DNA from: Flavobacteriales bacterium
Lineage (GTDB): Bacteria > Bacteroidota > Bacteroidia > Flavobacteriales > CAJXXR01
DNA: 64,000 nt
Direction: 5' to 3'
Assembly: GCA_965243605.1 (NCBI GenBank)
Contig: CBDEVQ010000092.1
Location: 48,208 to 112,207, forward strand
Positions 37,036-47,491 of this stretch are shown one piece after another. The translations under genes were made by a program, and so were the position numbers. The notes beneath the pieces were generated by a model. It had not been told where the DNA came from and made no database searches. It saw only the letters and a program-made list of their open reading frames with translations. Each line of letters begins with the position of its first letter. Within the stretch, counting starts at the first letter, position 1.

Positions 37036-39252
37036 ATGAGAAAAGTATGGATCGGATTTATTAGTGTAGTTCTACTATCCTTTTTAGCACTAATATGGGT
37101 TGGTACAGATATATACCAAACCCAACCACCAATGCCAGAGCAAGTCGTTTTGGCTGAAACCAATACGGTAGTATATACAAAGCAAGACATACAAACTGGA
37201 CAGAACGTTTGGGAATCTGTTGGAGGAATGGAAGTGGGTTCTATTTGGGGACACGGAAGTTATGTAGCTCCAGACTGGTCTGCTGATTGGATACATAAGG
37301 AAGCCTTGTTTATGTTAGATTATTGGGCAAAACAAGATTTTAACAAATCGTTTGACCAATTAAATGTTGAGCAACAAGGGGCCTTAAAAGCCAGATTGGT
37401 TAAAGATATAAAGACCAATTCTTTTAATCCAGACACAAAAATCATAACCATTTCTAAAGTACGTTATGAAGCCATTAAAAGCAACGTAAGGCATTATTCT
37501 AGGATTTTTAAAGATGGTCATGAAAAATACGCCATTCCAGAAGGGGCTTTAACCAATTCCGAAAAATTAGCTCAGCTAAACGCTTTTTTCTTTTGGACCT
37601 CTTGGGCCGCAAGTACCAACCGTCCGAACGAAGAATATACCTACACATCAAACTGGCCACATGAGCCTTTAATAAACAATACCATAACGGTAGATTCTCA
37701 GATTTGGTCTGGGTTTTCAATCATTTTACTTCTGTTGTTTATCGGAATTTTAGCCTATTACTACATTAGAAATCACGAAAAAGGTGAATTGGTTAATAAA
37801 CCCATTAGCGATCCGTTGTTAGGGATGGTTATGACCAGATCTCAAAAGGCCATATTAAAATACTTTGTAGTCATCTCATTGTTAATCGGATTACAAATTG
37901 TTTTAGGAATTGTAACGGTACACTATACCGTAGAAGGGCAAGCCTTTTTTGGATTTAATTTAGCAAGCTTTCTTCCGTATTCAATTTCGAGAACCTGGCA
38001 TACCCAATTGGCCGTGTTTTGGATTGCAGCCACATGGTTAGCAACAGGGTTATTTTTAGCCCCAATTATTAGTGGTAAACAAATGAAATATCAAGTATTT
38101 GGTATTAACTTCTTATTTGGAGCCCTTTTAGTTATTGTTTTAGGATCTATGTTTGGAGAGTGGTTAGGTGTACATCAATTTTTAGATTTAACCACGAACT
38201 TTTTCTTCGGACACCAAGGATATGAATACATGGACTTAGGTCGATTTTGGCAAATATTCTTAGGAATTGGGTTAATATTATGGATGATTATGGTGGGTAG
38301 ACATGTCATGTTTGCCATTCGTAAAAAAGACGATTCAAAGCATTTATTAATCATTCTGTTAGTATCTGTAGTGGCCATAGGAATGTTTTTCTTTTCGGGA
38401 TTAATGTATGGTGAAAATTCAAGTCTTCCCGTAATTAATTATTGGCGTTGGTGGCTGGTACACCTTTGGGTAGAAGGATTCTTTGAGGTATTCGCTACTG
38501 TAATTATTGCCTTTATATTTTCTAAAATGAAAATTGTATCTCCAAGTACAGCCGGAAAAGTATCTATTGCATCGGCAACCATATTTTTAGCAGGAGGTAT
38601 CATAGGAACATTACACCATCTTTATTTTTCTGGAACACCAGTACAAGCCATTGCGTTAGGCGCAACATTTAGTGCATTAGAAGTGGTGCCCTTAACTTTA
38701 ATGGGATTTGAAATAAGAGAAAACTGGAATATTCTAAAAAGTAGAGAATGGATTCAGAAATACAAATGGCCCATTATGTTTTTTATCGCTGTGGCATTTT
38801 GGAATCTGATAGGAGCTGGAGTATTTGGTTTCTTAATTAATCCACCAATTGCACTGTATTATATTCAAGGTTTAAATACAACAGCAGTACATGCCCACAC
38901 CGCATTGTTTGGAGTATATGGTATGCTAGGAATGGGATTCATCTTAATATGCTTGCGTTTTTACTCAGATCGTATTTGGAAGAATGTAAAATTAAAACGT
39001 GCCTTTTGGTTTTTAAATATAGGATTAATAGCCATGGTTGTTTTAAGTCTTTTACCAATTGGTATTATTCAAGCGTATACGTCTATAACAGAAGGGTATT
39101 CGTATGCTCGTGATGCCGAACTGCTTTACTCTCCAACCGTTCAGACCCTAAAATGGTTAAGAATGATAGGAGATATTATTTTCTCGGTAGGAATATTCTA
39201 TTTCATATGGTTTACAATTTCTGAAACCATGTATTGCATTAAGAAAAAATAA
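37036..39252 (+). CDS. norB: Nitric-oxide reductase large subunit, single-chain quinol-type (qNor-like, 738 aa)
   Basis: An N-terminal TM helix plus a periplasmic extension is followed by a 12-TM heme-copper-oxidase-like core containing WWLVHLWVEGFFEVF and later conserved His residues (GTLHHLYFSG, TAVHAHTALFGVYG). Confidence 0.85.
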   Translation: MRKVWIGFISVVLLSFLALIWVGTDIYQTQPPMPEQVVLAETNTVVYTKQDIQTGQNVWESVGGMEVGSIWGHGSYVAPDWSADWIHKEALFMLDYWAKQDFNKSFDQLNVEQQGALKARLVKDIKTNSFNPDTKIITISKVRYEAIKSNVRHYSRIFKDGHEKYAIPEGALTNSEKLAQLNAFFFWTSWAASTNRPNEEYTYTSNWPHEPLINNTITVDSQIWSGFSIILLLLFIGILAYYYIRNHEKGELVNKPISDPLLGMVMTRSQKAILKYFVVISLLIGLQIVLGIVTVHYTVEGQAFFGFNLASFLPYSISRTWHTQLAVFWIAATWLATGLFLAPIISGKQMKYQVFGINFLFGALLVIVLGSMFGEWLGVHQFLDLTTNFFFGHQGYEYMDLGRFWQIFLGIGLILWMIMVGRHVMFAIRKKDDSKHLLIILLVSVVAIGMFFFSGLMYGENSSLPVINYWRWWLVHLWVEGFFEVFATVIIAFIFSKMKIVSPSTAGKVSIASATIFLAGGIIGTLHHLYFSGTPVQAIALGATFSALEVVPLTLMGFEIRENWNILKSREWIQKYKWPIMFFIAVAFWNLIGAGVFGFLINPPIALYYIQGLNTTAVHAHTALFGVYGMLGMGFILICLRFYSDRIWKNVKLKRAFWFLNIGLIAMVVLSLLPIGIIQAYTSITEGYSYARDAELLYSPTVQTLKWLRMIGDIIFSVGIFYFIWFTISETMYCIKKK

Positions 39253-39274
39253 ACGGGATAAGTTGTTTTTTTTG

Positions 39275-39312
39275 AGCGTTATTAAAACCAAGGTTTTAAT
39301 AACGCTTTTTTT
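39275..39312 (+). terminator. Rho-independent terminator after norB
   Basis: AGCGTTATTAAAACC-aa-GGTTTTAATAACGCT gives a 15-bp perfect stem, followed by TTTTTT. Confidence 0.85.
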
Positions 39313-39423
39313 ATGGTTAAAAGTTTCTATAAGAAAGGCATAAACCTAAGATAAATGCTATCTTTAAAGAAGCACAAATTGTATATCGTGTATTTTAAAT
39401 AGAGGCTTAAATATTAAATAAGA

Positions 39424-41412
39424 ATGCATAAAGAAAATACAGAACATAACCATTCCTGTAATCATCAACATGGTCATGGTATTTTTGGTAAAAATACCGA
39501 ATTATACTATGCTGGATTGTCCGGACTATTTTTAATAATTGGATTTGTATTGGTACAATTTAACGTGGTGAGTTATACCATAGGTATAGCCTTTTATGTG
39601 GTGTCCTATTATTTTGGAGGGTATTTTGCTTTGTTAGAAGCCAAAGAGAAGATTCTTAAAGGTGAATTTGAAATTGACTTCTTAATGATAATAGCAGCGG
39701 TTGGAGCGGCTTATATAGGGAGTTGGGAAGAAGGAGCCTTACTCTTGTTTTTGTTTAGTATTGGTCATGCTTTAGAGCATTATGCCATGAACAAAGCTCA
39801 AAGAACCATAGAATCTTTAGGCGATTTAACGCCAAAAACAGCCATATTAAAACAGAATGGAGATCTTAAAGAGGTTCATGTTAGTGCCTTAAAAATAAAT
39901 GATATTATTATTGTTCGTCCAAACACAAAGGTTGCTGCCGATGGGGTTGTAATCGCAGGAGCATCCTCTGTAAATGAGTCGTCTATTACAGGAGAAAGTA
40001 TGCCTGTAGAAAAAATTACGGTACACGATGAATCTGAAATATACAGAGAATTTGAACATATAGACCGAGAACATGTTGTGTTTACAGGTTCTATTAATGG
40101 CGATCATACACTTGAAGTACAAGTTTTAAGATTAAGTGAAGATTCAACCATTGCCCGTTTGGTGAAAATGGTAAGTGAAGTCGAAACCAAGAAATCACCA
40201 ACACAACGGTTAACTAAAAAATTTGAGAAATGGTTTGTCCCTTTCGTTATCGTATTGGTTTTTCTTTTGTGTTTTGCCTACCTCATTGTAAATGAGTCTT
40301 TTAATGAAAGTTTATATAGAGCCATTTGTGTATTAGTCGCTTCAAGTCCTTGTGCATTAGCTATTTCTACACCGAGTGCCGTATTAAGTGCCGTTGCTCG
40401 TGCGGCAAAAGGTGGTGTATTGATAAAAGGGGGTAAAGCCCTTGAAGAGTTAGGTCATGTTAAAGCGATTGCCTTTGATAAAACCGGAACGTTAACAGAA
40501 GGAAAACCTAAAGTTACAGATGTTGTTATTGTAGAGGGAACAGAACCTCAATCCTTTTACCATATGGTTTATGCCGTTGAGCGTTTGAGTAATCACCCAT
40601 TAGCAAAATCTATAGCGAAATATTGTAAACCCGAATTAAAAGCGGAAAGTCTTAGAGAGGCCGAAAACATTACCGTTATTCAAGGAATGGGTATACAAGC
40701 AGAATACAACAACCATAAGTTGTATATCGGAAATGTAAAACTAATGGACAAGTATAATATAGAGGTTGTTAATGAAATAAAGGACAGAATAGATGCGTTT
40801 TTAGAAGAAGGGAAAACCTTAGTAATTGTTGCCTATAATGCGGCCATTACTGGTGTAATTTGTATTATGGATACGCCTAGAGTCAACGCGTCATCAACTC
40901 TAAAACAATTAAAAAATATTGGAATAAATCAAATGATTATGCTAACCGGAGATCATCAAAATGTTGGTGAGTCTATTGCGCATTCTATTGGATTAACAGC
41001 GGTTAAAGGTGGCTTGTTACCAGAAGATAAAGTAACGGCCATTAAGGCTTTGCAAAATGAATTTGGTAAAATAGCCATGGTTGGCGATGGAGTAAATGAT
41101 GCACCGGCCTTAGCCTCAAGTAATGTAGGTATAGCCATGGGAGCAGCAGGAAGCGAAGTGGCGTTAGAAGCTGCAGATGTTGCCTTGATGTCAGATAAAA
41201 TAGAAACGTTACCTTTTGTTATAGGATTAAGTAGAGCGTCTAAACGAATAATTAAACAAAATTTGTGGATTAGCTTAAGCGTTGTGGCTATTCTTATTCC
41301 CATCACCATATTAGGGTTAACCAACATAGGTTGGGCTGTTCTATTTCATGAAGGGTCTACACTGATTGTAGTTCTTAATGCTTTAAGGTTGTTGGGGTAT
41401 TCTTCGAAATAA
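39424..41412 (+). CDS. Heavy-metal translocating P1B-type ATPase with P1B-4-like signatures (probable Co/Zn-type exporter)
   Basis: TGES, DKTGTLT, MLTGDH and GDGVNDAPAL motifs are present. The transmembrane SPC motif (ASSPCALAISTP) and HEGSTLIVVLNA match the P1B-4 pattern as I recall it. The N-terminus is His-rich (HKENTEHNHSCNHQHGHG), and no ferredoxin-fold CxxC metal-binding domain is present. Confidence 0.85.
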   Translation: MHKENTEHNHSCNHQHGHGIFGKNTELYYAGLSGLFLIIGFVLVQFNVVSYTIGIAFYVVSYYFGGYFALLEAKEKILKGEFEIDFLMIIAAVGAAYIGSWEEGALLLFLFSIGHALEHYAMNKAQRTIESLGDLTPKTAILKQNGDLKEVHVSALKINDIIIVRPNTKVAADGVVIAGASSVNESSITGESMPVEKITVHDESEIYREFEHIDREHVVFTGSINGDHTLEVQVLRLSEDSTIARLVKMVSEVETKKSPTQRLTKKFEKWFVPFVIVLVFLLCFAYLIVNESFNESLYRAICVLVASSPCALAISTPSAVLSAVARAAKGGVLIKGGKALEELGHVKAIAFDKTGTLTEGKPKVTDVVIVEGTEPQSFYHMVYAVERLSNHPLAKSIAKYCKPELKAESLREAENITVIQGMGIQAEYNNHKLYIGNVKLMDKYNIEVVNEIKDRIDAFLEEGKTLVIVAYNAAITGVICIMDTPRVNASSTLKQLKNIGINQMIMLTGDHQNVGESIAHSIGLTAVKGGLLPEDKVTAIKALQNEFGKIAMVGDGVNDAPALASSNVGIAMGAAGSEVALEAADVALMSDKIETLPFVIGLSRASKRIIKQNLWISLSVVAILIPITILGLTNIGWAVLFHEGSTLIVVLNALRLLGYSSK

Positions 41413-41460
41413 ATACAACATTAAGAAGGAATAGAATAGGTTAACACAAAGGTTATTAGA

Positions 41461-42006
41461 ATGGAGATTATTAAAATGAAACTTTTACAACTCAATAAAG
41501 AAGAGTTATTCAAATTTAAGCCAGAGAAAACATCTAAAATATATTTTTATCATGGTAAATTTTATACAAAGAATCCTATAAATAAATTTAAGCGTAAATC
41601 TAAAAAAGAAACCAAAGAAGTATATCAAGAGTTATGGTTTCATTGGGAATTAAAAAGAGGAACAAAGGTAACTCGTGAGGAATATCTTGGTGAAGCAAGT
41701 TATACGCCATTAGGATATTGTCGTCAGATTAATGCATTTGTGACCAATGAAAATGTCGTTGAAATGTTAAACTCTAAAGTAGAAATAGATTTTGACTATA
41801 GACCTCAAGAACATGATATGCTTGTTATTAATCCAGTCTATAAAAACCAGAATGCATTACCAGCTAATAGTCCATTTCCTATATATAGGGGAATTGGAAT
41901 TGCTTTTATTTATCAAGTAGATCAGTGGGTGGTTAATAAAGGTTTTGATCAATTAGATTACGATTATGAATTTTTTAGTTGTGGAGTTGCTGAAATTGAA
42001 TTTTGA
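41461..42006 (+). CDS. Hypothetical protein (181 aa, no recognisable motif)
   Basis: Clean ORF in an otherwise coding-dense region. No signal peptide or TM segment is evident. Confidence 0.55.
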   Translation: MEIIKMKLLQLNKEELFKFKPEKTSKIYFYHGKFYTKNPINKFKRKSKKETKEVYQELWFHWELKRGTKVTREEYLGEASYTPLGYCRQINAFVTNENVVEMLNSKVEIDFDYRPQEHDMLVINPVYKNQNALPANSPFPIYRGIGIAFIYQVDQWVVNKGFDQLDYDYEFFSCGVAEIEF

Positions 42007-42165
42007 AACGTTGTGTCTTCCATTAGGTTTAAGGATACAAAGTGTATTTTGACACCAAAAGTAAAAATAGGATAGCTTATTTATTTTGTCGTTTATCCAT
42101 ATGTTCTCAGAATTTATTATGTAAATTAGAATACCATTCAAATATAACTTTTAATTTATTTAATA

Positions 42166-43659
42166 ATGAAAATTGGAAAACATGAAATTTCTATTTTAGA
42201 TCTATCGATTGCCTTTGTATTATTAATCTTAACGGCTGTTTTTGTCTTTGGTTTTTTTACTTTACTAACCGATGCCATTCGGTATGTCACCTTAGATCCT
42301 TATGATAAGGAATTAATATTTTCAGGAGAATATAGATTGTATTTTAATCTGTTTTACGCTGGTTTAGGGCTCTTAATTGGTCAATCGTTTGCATTATACT
42401 ATTTACTTCCCAGGCTACCCTTACCGTCTTATTTTAAGACCCAAATACTAAATGATAATCAATGGGTCATATGGTCGGTTTTGCTGTTAGTGATAAAGGG
42501 TATAGCCATATTGGTAAGCTATAGAATGATTTTTATGAGCGATTCATTAACGGCAATGGTACCCCTGATAGTTTGTATCATGTTAACCATATTAGGTGTT
42601 ATGTTTATTTATTCTTGGAATGGAATAAGACGGTATATATTAGGTACACGCATAATGGTATTAATGGTTGGTTTTCTTTTCTATTCGTCCTTGTCTTTTT
42701 TAATTGCACATATTTCTTTTATAGATCGCCAAACTATAGATGAAATGGCATTGAACAATAATGTGGTACATACACATGATATTCAATATCCAGAAGCAGA
42801 ATGGGGAAGGAAGATTAAACGAAAATCCTTGGTTATTGATCTTGTGATTGGGAAGAATCCTAAAACTCAAGAAGTAGAGGTGTTTTATGAGAATAATTTA
42901 GTGCCTTTAAATAGTTTGGATTCTGTGTTGTTTAGCGTTAGGAATTCTTTTAGAATGGAAGAATTAAAATTTACAACAATAGGTTTACGGGCAGATAAAC
43001 ATTTAAAAGTAAAAGATATATTACCTATTCTTGAACGGTTATACATTAGTGGACAAAAACGCATTTTATTTTATGTAAATATATTCGATGAGCCTTTTAT
43101 GGCTGATCCAGTATTTTCATTTAAACTATCAGAAGCAATATTTTATGATTATTTGAATGGGAAATTAGATAGCTTAGATGTAAAAAAGACAAAATACTCA
43201 TTATCTACTCCTCCTTTACATACAATTATTTCAAATTATTATATTCCAAATAATGGTGTTGATGTATACGTATCTCAAGAAAAATCTTATATAAATCAGC
43301 ATGAGAAATTTTCAGTTCTTTCCATGACCAATAAATTAAGTGAAGCATTTAAGCAAGATGAGGCGAGTACTATTACATTTTATTTTGTAGATGAGAATAT
43401 AACACTTGGTGAATATATAAATACGAAAAGTCAAATATATAAGGCATACCATGAATTGAGGAATGAGTATGCTATGCAACATTTTAGCAAATTCTATGAA
43501 GATCTAAATTCCAATAACCGTAGAAGCATCAGAAAACAATATCCAATCAATATTATGGAGTTTGGGTTAAAGAGTATAAACAAAGAAAGAATGGACGCTT
43601 TTTTTATAGAACAAAAGGAACTTTACCATAAAAGATGGATGTGGATTTGTTTGCCATAG
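42166..43659 (+). CDS. Multi-pass membrane protein of unknown function with a ~300-aa soluble C-terminal region
   Basis: About 6 hydrophobic helices in the first ~190 aa. The C-terminal part has segments loosely reminiscent of ExbD/TolR-type folds (TTIGLRADKHLKVKDILPILERLYISGQKRILFYV), but this is not securely assignable. Confidence 0.6.
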   Translation: MKIGKHEISILDLSIAFVLLILTAVFVFGFFTLLTDAIRYVTLDPYDKELIFSGEYRLYFNLFYAGLGLLIGQSFALYYLLPRLPLPSYFKTQILNDNQWVIWSVLLLVIKGIAILVSYRMIFMSDSLTAMVPLIVCIMLTILGVMFIYSWNGIRRYILGTRIMVLMVGFLFYSSLSFLIAHISFIDRQTIDEMALNNNVVHTHDIQYPEAEWGRKIKRKSLVIDLVIGKNPKTQEVEVFYENNLVPLNSLDSVLFSVRNSFRMEELKFTTIGLRADKHLKVKDILPILERLYISGQKRILFYVNIFDEPFMADPVFSFKLSEAIFYDYLNGKLDSLDVKKTKYSLSTPPLHTIISNYYIPNNGVDVYVSQEKSYINQHEKFSVLSMTNKLSEAFKQDEASTITFYFVDENITLGEYINTKSQIYKAYHELRNEYAMQHFSKFYEDLNSNNRRSIRKQYPINIMEFGLKSINKERMDAFFIEQKELYHKRWMWICLP

Positions 43660-43808
43660 TATTTAAATAAAGTTTGGCTAAGCTTATGTTAATTTAATAA
43701 TATATAATTCATAAAAGGATAAAATATATTGCTTTGTATATTCTCTCGAATAAAAGGCTTTTATCCCTATTTTAATTTTAAATTGCAAGACTTTAAATAA
43801 TTTATATA

Positions 43809-45146
43809 ATGATAATATTTTATTGCATTTTGTCGCTACTAATCTCTTGGATTTGGATTGACTATTTTAGATTAATAGATGTTTTTGAAAAAGAGAATAT
43901 AAAAAAAATTATACCCGCTTTCTTAATAGGAGCAGTCTCTATTTCTATTGTATATGGTATTGATGAATACATTTTGGTGTATTCTACTTTAGACTATAAC
44001 GGGACGTTTTTTAATGATTTAATATACAGTATACTCCATGTAGGCCTAGTGGTAGAGGTTGTTAAAATTATTCCATTTTATATTGTTTATAAGCTGTTTA
44101 AAAAAGAATTTAATGAACCCGTAGATTATTTAGTTTACATATGTACCACGGCATTAGGGTTCGCTGCTATTGAAAATGTCTTCCATTTTATGAGTGGAAA
44201 TCTTTATATAATTAATGAACAAGCTATATTATCTACAATTAGTCATTTATTTAATGCCTCATTAGTGGCTTATGGAATTATACAATTTAAATTTTCACCT
44301 TCTAAAGTATCAAATTCAGTACTTGTAAAGTATATATTATTTGCCATTCTATCCCATGGAGTATTTGATTTTATTAAGTTCTATTTTACATCGTTTGAAT
44401 CCTATATCATAATTGTTTCCTATTTTTTATTCACCATATCGTTTTTTGCATCCATTTTGAATAATGCGCTGAATAATTCATCTTATTTTTCGTATAAACA
44501 TGTTATTAATTCAGATCTTGTTGCTAAACGACTATTGTTGTATTATGGTATTTTATTTGGTTTAGAAGTAGTGGCCGTCTCTATTATTAAAGGTAGCGTT
44601 TTGGCAGGTGGAATAATGATACCTTTCATGATTTTTAAATCTGGAATTATTTTAGGAATTACAATTTTAAGACTAAGCCGATTTAAACTTATAAAAGATC
44701 GATGGAATCCATTGGTATTTGAGTTGCCTTTTTCGATAGAAGCATCAGAAGATGAATTAGGATATACAAGATATAGCATCGATGTAAAAGGGAATTCTTA
44801 CAATGAAATGTATATAAATGCATATTATCAAACCGATTGTTTACTTAAGTTTATTGGGAAACGTAAGAATTTGGTTTTATCCGCTTATGTGAAAGATAAG
44901 TACTTTACGGTGAATGATAAACCTTTTTATGAAATTGAAAGAAACGACTCCGAAAACAAAGATCAAACGCTTGTTTTATTTCCAAAAGAATCTGGAGAAA
45001 AATTTATTTCCGGTAAATCAGATAAATATCCCATTGCTGGATTAATGACTCTTCAAAATGGTAAAGCAATCGGAGATGATTTAACGATTAAAGACTTTAA
45101 ATTTAATGCTTGGGTTGTAATGAAACCAGTAAAGAAAACATCTTAA
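43809..45146 (+). CDS. PrsW-family-like intramembrane protease homologue with an extra C-terminal soluble domain
   Basis: Polytopic N-terminal ~290 aa containing GFAAIENVFH and HGVFDF (HxxxD), which resemble PrsW motifs. The first EExxK motif is degenerate (VVEVVK). Confidence 0.5.
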   Translation: MIIFYCILSLLISWIWIDYFRLIDVFEKENIKKIIPAFLIGAVSISIVYGIDEYILVYSTLDYNGTFFNDLIYSILHVGLVVEVVKIIPFYIVYKLFKKEFNEPVDYLVYICTTALGFAAIENVFHFMSGNLYIINEQAILSTISHLFNASLVAYGIIQFKFSPSKVSNSVLVKYILFAILSHGVFDFIKFYFTSFESYIIIVSYFLFTISFFASILNNALNNSSYFSYKHVINSDLVAKRLLLYYGILFGLEVVAVSIIKGSVLAGGIMIPFMIFKSGIILGITILRLSRFKLIKDRWNPLVFELPFSIEASEDELGYTRYSIDVKGNSYNEMYINAYYQTDCLLKFIGKRKNLVLSAYVKDKYFTVNDKPFYEIERNDSENKDQTLVLFPKESGEKFISGKSDKYPIAGLMTLQNGKAIGDDLTIKDFKFNAWVVMKPVKKTS

Positions 45147-45826
45147 TCCATTAATTTATAACCAACACCTCTGGCATTTACAATTTTAATGGTCGGGTCT
45201 TTAGATAGCTTTTTTCTTAATTTAGTAATAAAAACATCCATACTTCTTGCCGAAAAGAAATCATCATTATCCCAAAGTTTTTTAAGAATGACAGAACGAT
45301 CCAAGACTTGGTTTTTGTTTTTTATGAGATGAAATAAAAGTTGAGATTCTCGATGAGTTAGTAAAACGGGTTCTTCATTTTCATAATGAAGAGATTGTTT
45401 AGGGAAATTAAATGTAAATAACCCTAAGGTAAGAACATCCTGGTCTTTTTTGGTTTTAATACGGTTTAGTAAATTGTTTATTCTAACAATTAATTCCTCC
45501 ATACTAAAAGGCTTTTTAAGGTAATCGTTACCACCAATTGTAAAGCCTTCTACCACGTCTTTAGCTTGAGATTTAGAGGTTAAGAAAATAATAGGAATGT
45601 CGTCATTTTCTTGACGTATTTCTTTGGCCAAGGTAAACCCATCTTTCTTTGGCATCATAATATCTAAAACCAACAATTCAATATCTTCAGATTTATATAC
45701 CTCATATGCTTCTTCTCCATTTTTAACTAAATGAACAATAAAATCTCTCGTTTCAAGACTCTCTTTAATAATCTGTCCGAGTGAAGGTTCATCTTCAGCC
45801 AGTAATATGGTTATAGGTTTACGCAT
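45143..45826 (-). CDS. OmpR/PhoB-family response regulator
   Basis: REC domain (ILLAEDE, LLVLDIMMPKKDG, KKPF) plus a winged-helix output domain (DVFITKLRKKL...ARGVGYKL). Confidence 0.9.
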   Translation of the reverse strand: MRKPITILLAEDEPSLGQIIKESLETRDFIVHLVKNGEEAYEVYKSEDIELLVLDIMMPKKDGFTLAKEIRQENDDIPIIFLTSKSQAKDVVEGFTIGGNDYLKKPFSMEELIVRINNLLNRIKTKKDQDVLTLGLFTFNFPKQSLHYENEEPVLLTHRESQLLFHLIKNKNQVLDRSVILKKLWDNDDFFSARSMDVFITKLRKKLSKDPTIKIVNARGVGYKLMD

Positions 45827-47369
45827 AAGGCATCGTAATTTTAAAAATTGTATACTTAGACTTGAAGCTTAAAGTCAATTGTCCATGATGTTTATCTATT
45901 ATTTTTTTAGAATAATATAAACCTATTCCAAATCCTTTTATATTGTGTGTATTTCCTGAAGGTTGCCTGTAAAATTTTTCGAATAAATATTGGGTATCCG
46001 TTTTCGATAAAGATTGTCCAGAATCTTTAATCGAAATCTCTAAAAGTCCACCAAGTCTACGAACATCAATATTGATATCATCTCCACCGTATTTTAAAGC
46101 ATTATCGATAAGGTTGTTAATGACATTTTCAAAATGAAATACATCGACCTTTGAGATAAGATTTTCACAGTTGCTACTAAACGTAATGTTTTTATTTGGG
46201 TGTTGAATTTTAAATTTAGCCTGTACGGTTTCAACCAACTCAATAATATTGACTTCTTCCTTAAATAATTCAATATTGTTAGAATCTAAAGTTGCTGTCT
46301 CCAATAGTTTTTCTACCATGGTGTTCAGTTTGTCTAATTGCTCTTTAGACATATCTAAATAGGTTTCGGAACGTTCTGGGTGTTTAGATGCATTAAAATT
46401 TCTAATGCTTTCTAAGGCTACAGAAATAGTGGCAATAGGTGTTTTAAATTCATGTGTAATATTGCTAATGAAATCATTTTTTATTTCACCAATTTGCTTT
46501 TGTTTCTGTATAACCTTTAATAAATAAAACAAACAAGAAATAATGGCTAAAATTAGAATGGCAGATATTAATAGACCAACATAAATTCGTTTTAGTATAG
46601 GAAGTTTAATATCCGAAAATGAAAGTTTAATTTGGGCATCTTGAGGTAAATACACCGACTCGGAATTCACATGTAATGGGAAATGGTTAGAATTGGGATT
46701 GTTTTTTAATAGAATCTCATCGATAGAATTTTTATAATTCAATTCAAAATCGAACGCCATGTCGTTCTTTTGCAATTTATCTAATAATATTTCATTTATC
46801 TTAACAACATCCAATGTATCACTGGTTAATGAAATTACAATTTGTGATGTTAATTGCTGAAAACTTTCTTCAATAGCAATATCAATATACCCATGCTCTC
46901 CTGTTAAATTCTTAAAATAGTGCTCCAAAGAATCGGGTAGTGTGTCATTTGAAAACTCTTCTTTAATAACCATAATTCGTTGAGAATCTTTTGGTAAAGT
47001 AATATCGGGTAGTTTTAGTTTACGCTTTAAACTATCTATAGTACTATGAAGAAGTTGTTGAGGTAATGTTTGGTTAGAGGCATTGGGTTTAAAAATATGC
47101 ACGGCCATACTGTCTAGGGTGTTATTAATAAACCCCAAGGAATTCACAGCACTAGTATCGTTATACGTCGCTTTAAATGTCGATTTTTCCTTAGCAATAT
47201 TCGCATAATATTCTTCTATAGATTCATCAAGTACATGTTGAATATCTTGAATATACTCCTGTTTATTAGAGACATAATTTTTATAGTTCCAATACACCTG
47301 TATACCTACAGTTGCAATAACAACTAAGGTAATACTATATAAGATCCATTTATAATTTTCTTGTTTCAT
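45819..47369 (-). CDS. Sensor histidine kinase
   Basis: Two TM segments flank a ~240-aa extracytoplasmic region. H-box ITHEFKTPIATI, N-box LIDNALKYG, G-box GFGIGLYYSKKII. It overlaps the regulator gene by 8 nt. Confidence 0.9.
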   Translation of the reverse strand: MKQENYKWILYSITLVVIATVGIQVYWNYKNYVSNKQEYIQDIQHVLDESIEEYYANIAKEKSTFKATYNDTSAVNSLGFINNTLDSMAVHIFKPNASNQTLPQQLLHSTIDSLKRKLKLPDITLPKDSQRIMVIKEEFSNDTLPDSLEHYFKNLTGEHGYIDIAIEESFQQLTSQIVISLTSDTLDVVKINEILLDKLQKNDMAFDFELNYKNSIDEILLKNNPNSNHFPLHVNSESVYLPQDAQIKLSFSDIKLPILKRIYVGLLISAILILAIISCLFYLLKVIQKQKQIGEIKNDFISNITHEFKTPIATISVALESIRNFNASKHPERSETYLDMSKEQLDKLNTMVEKLLETATLDSNNIELFKEEVNIIELVETVQAKFKIQHPNKNITFSSNCENLISKVDVFHFENVINNLIDNALKYGGDDINIDVRRLGGLLEISIKDSGQSLSKTDTQYLFEKFYRQPSGNTHNIKGFGIGLYYSKKIIDKHHGQLTLSFKSKYTIFKITMPYA

Positions 47370-47491
47370 TACTCAAAAATAAAACTTAAGAAACCAATAA
47401 ACAAGCGGATAACACTCGTTAACACTGGATAACTATATTATGAAGGCCAAATCTCAACCTTTGTAATGTAGAATTATAAAAGAACGTTAAG

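Noticed and set aside
43711-43726. A third copy of the operator half-site (CATAAAAGGATAAAAT) upstream of the PrsW-like gene
   Set aside because: Only one half-site is present, with no matching inverted half at the 6-nt spacing. An AT-rich 10-mer can recur by chance.
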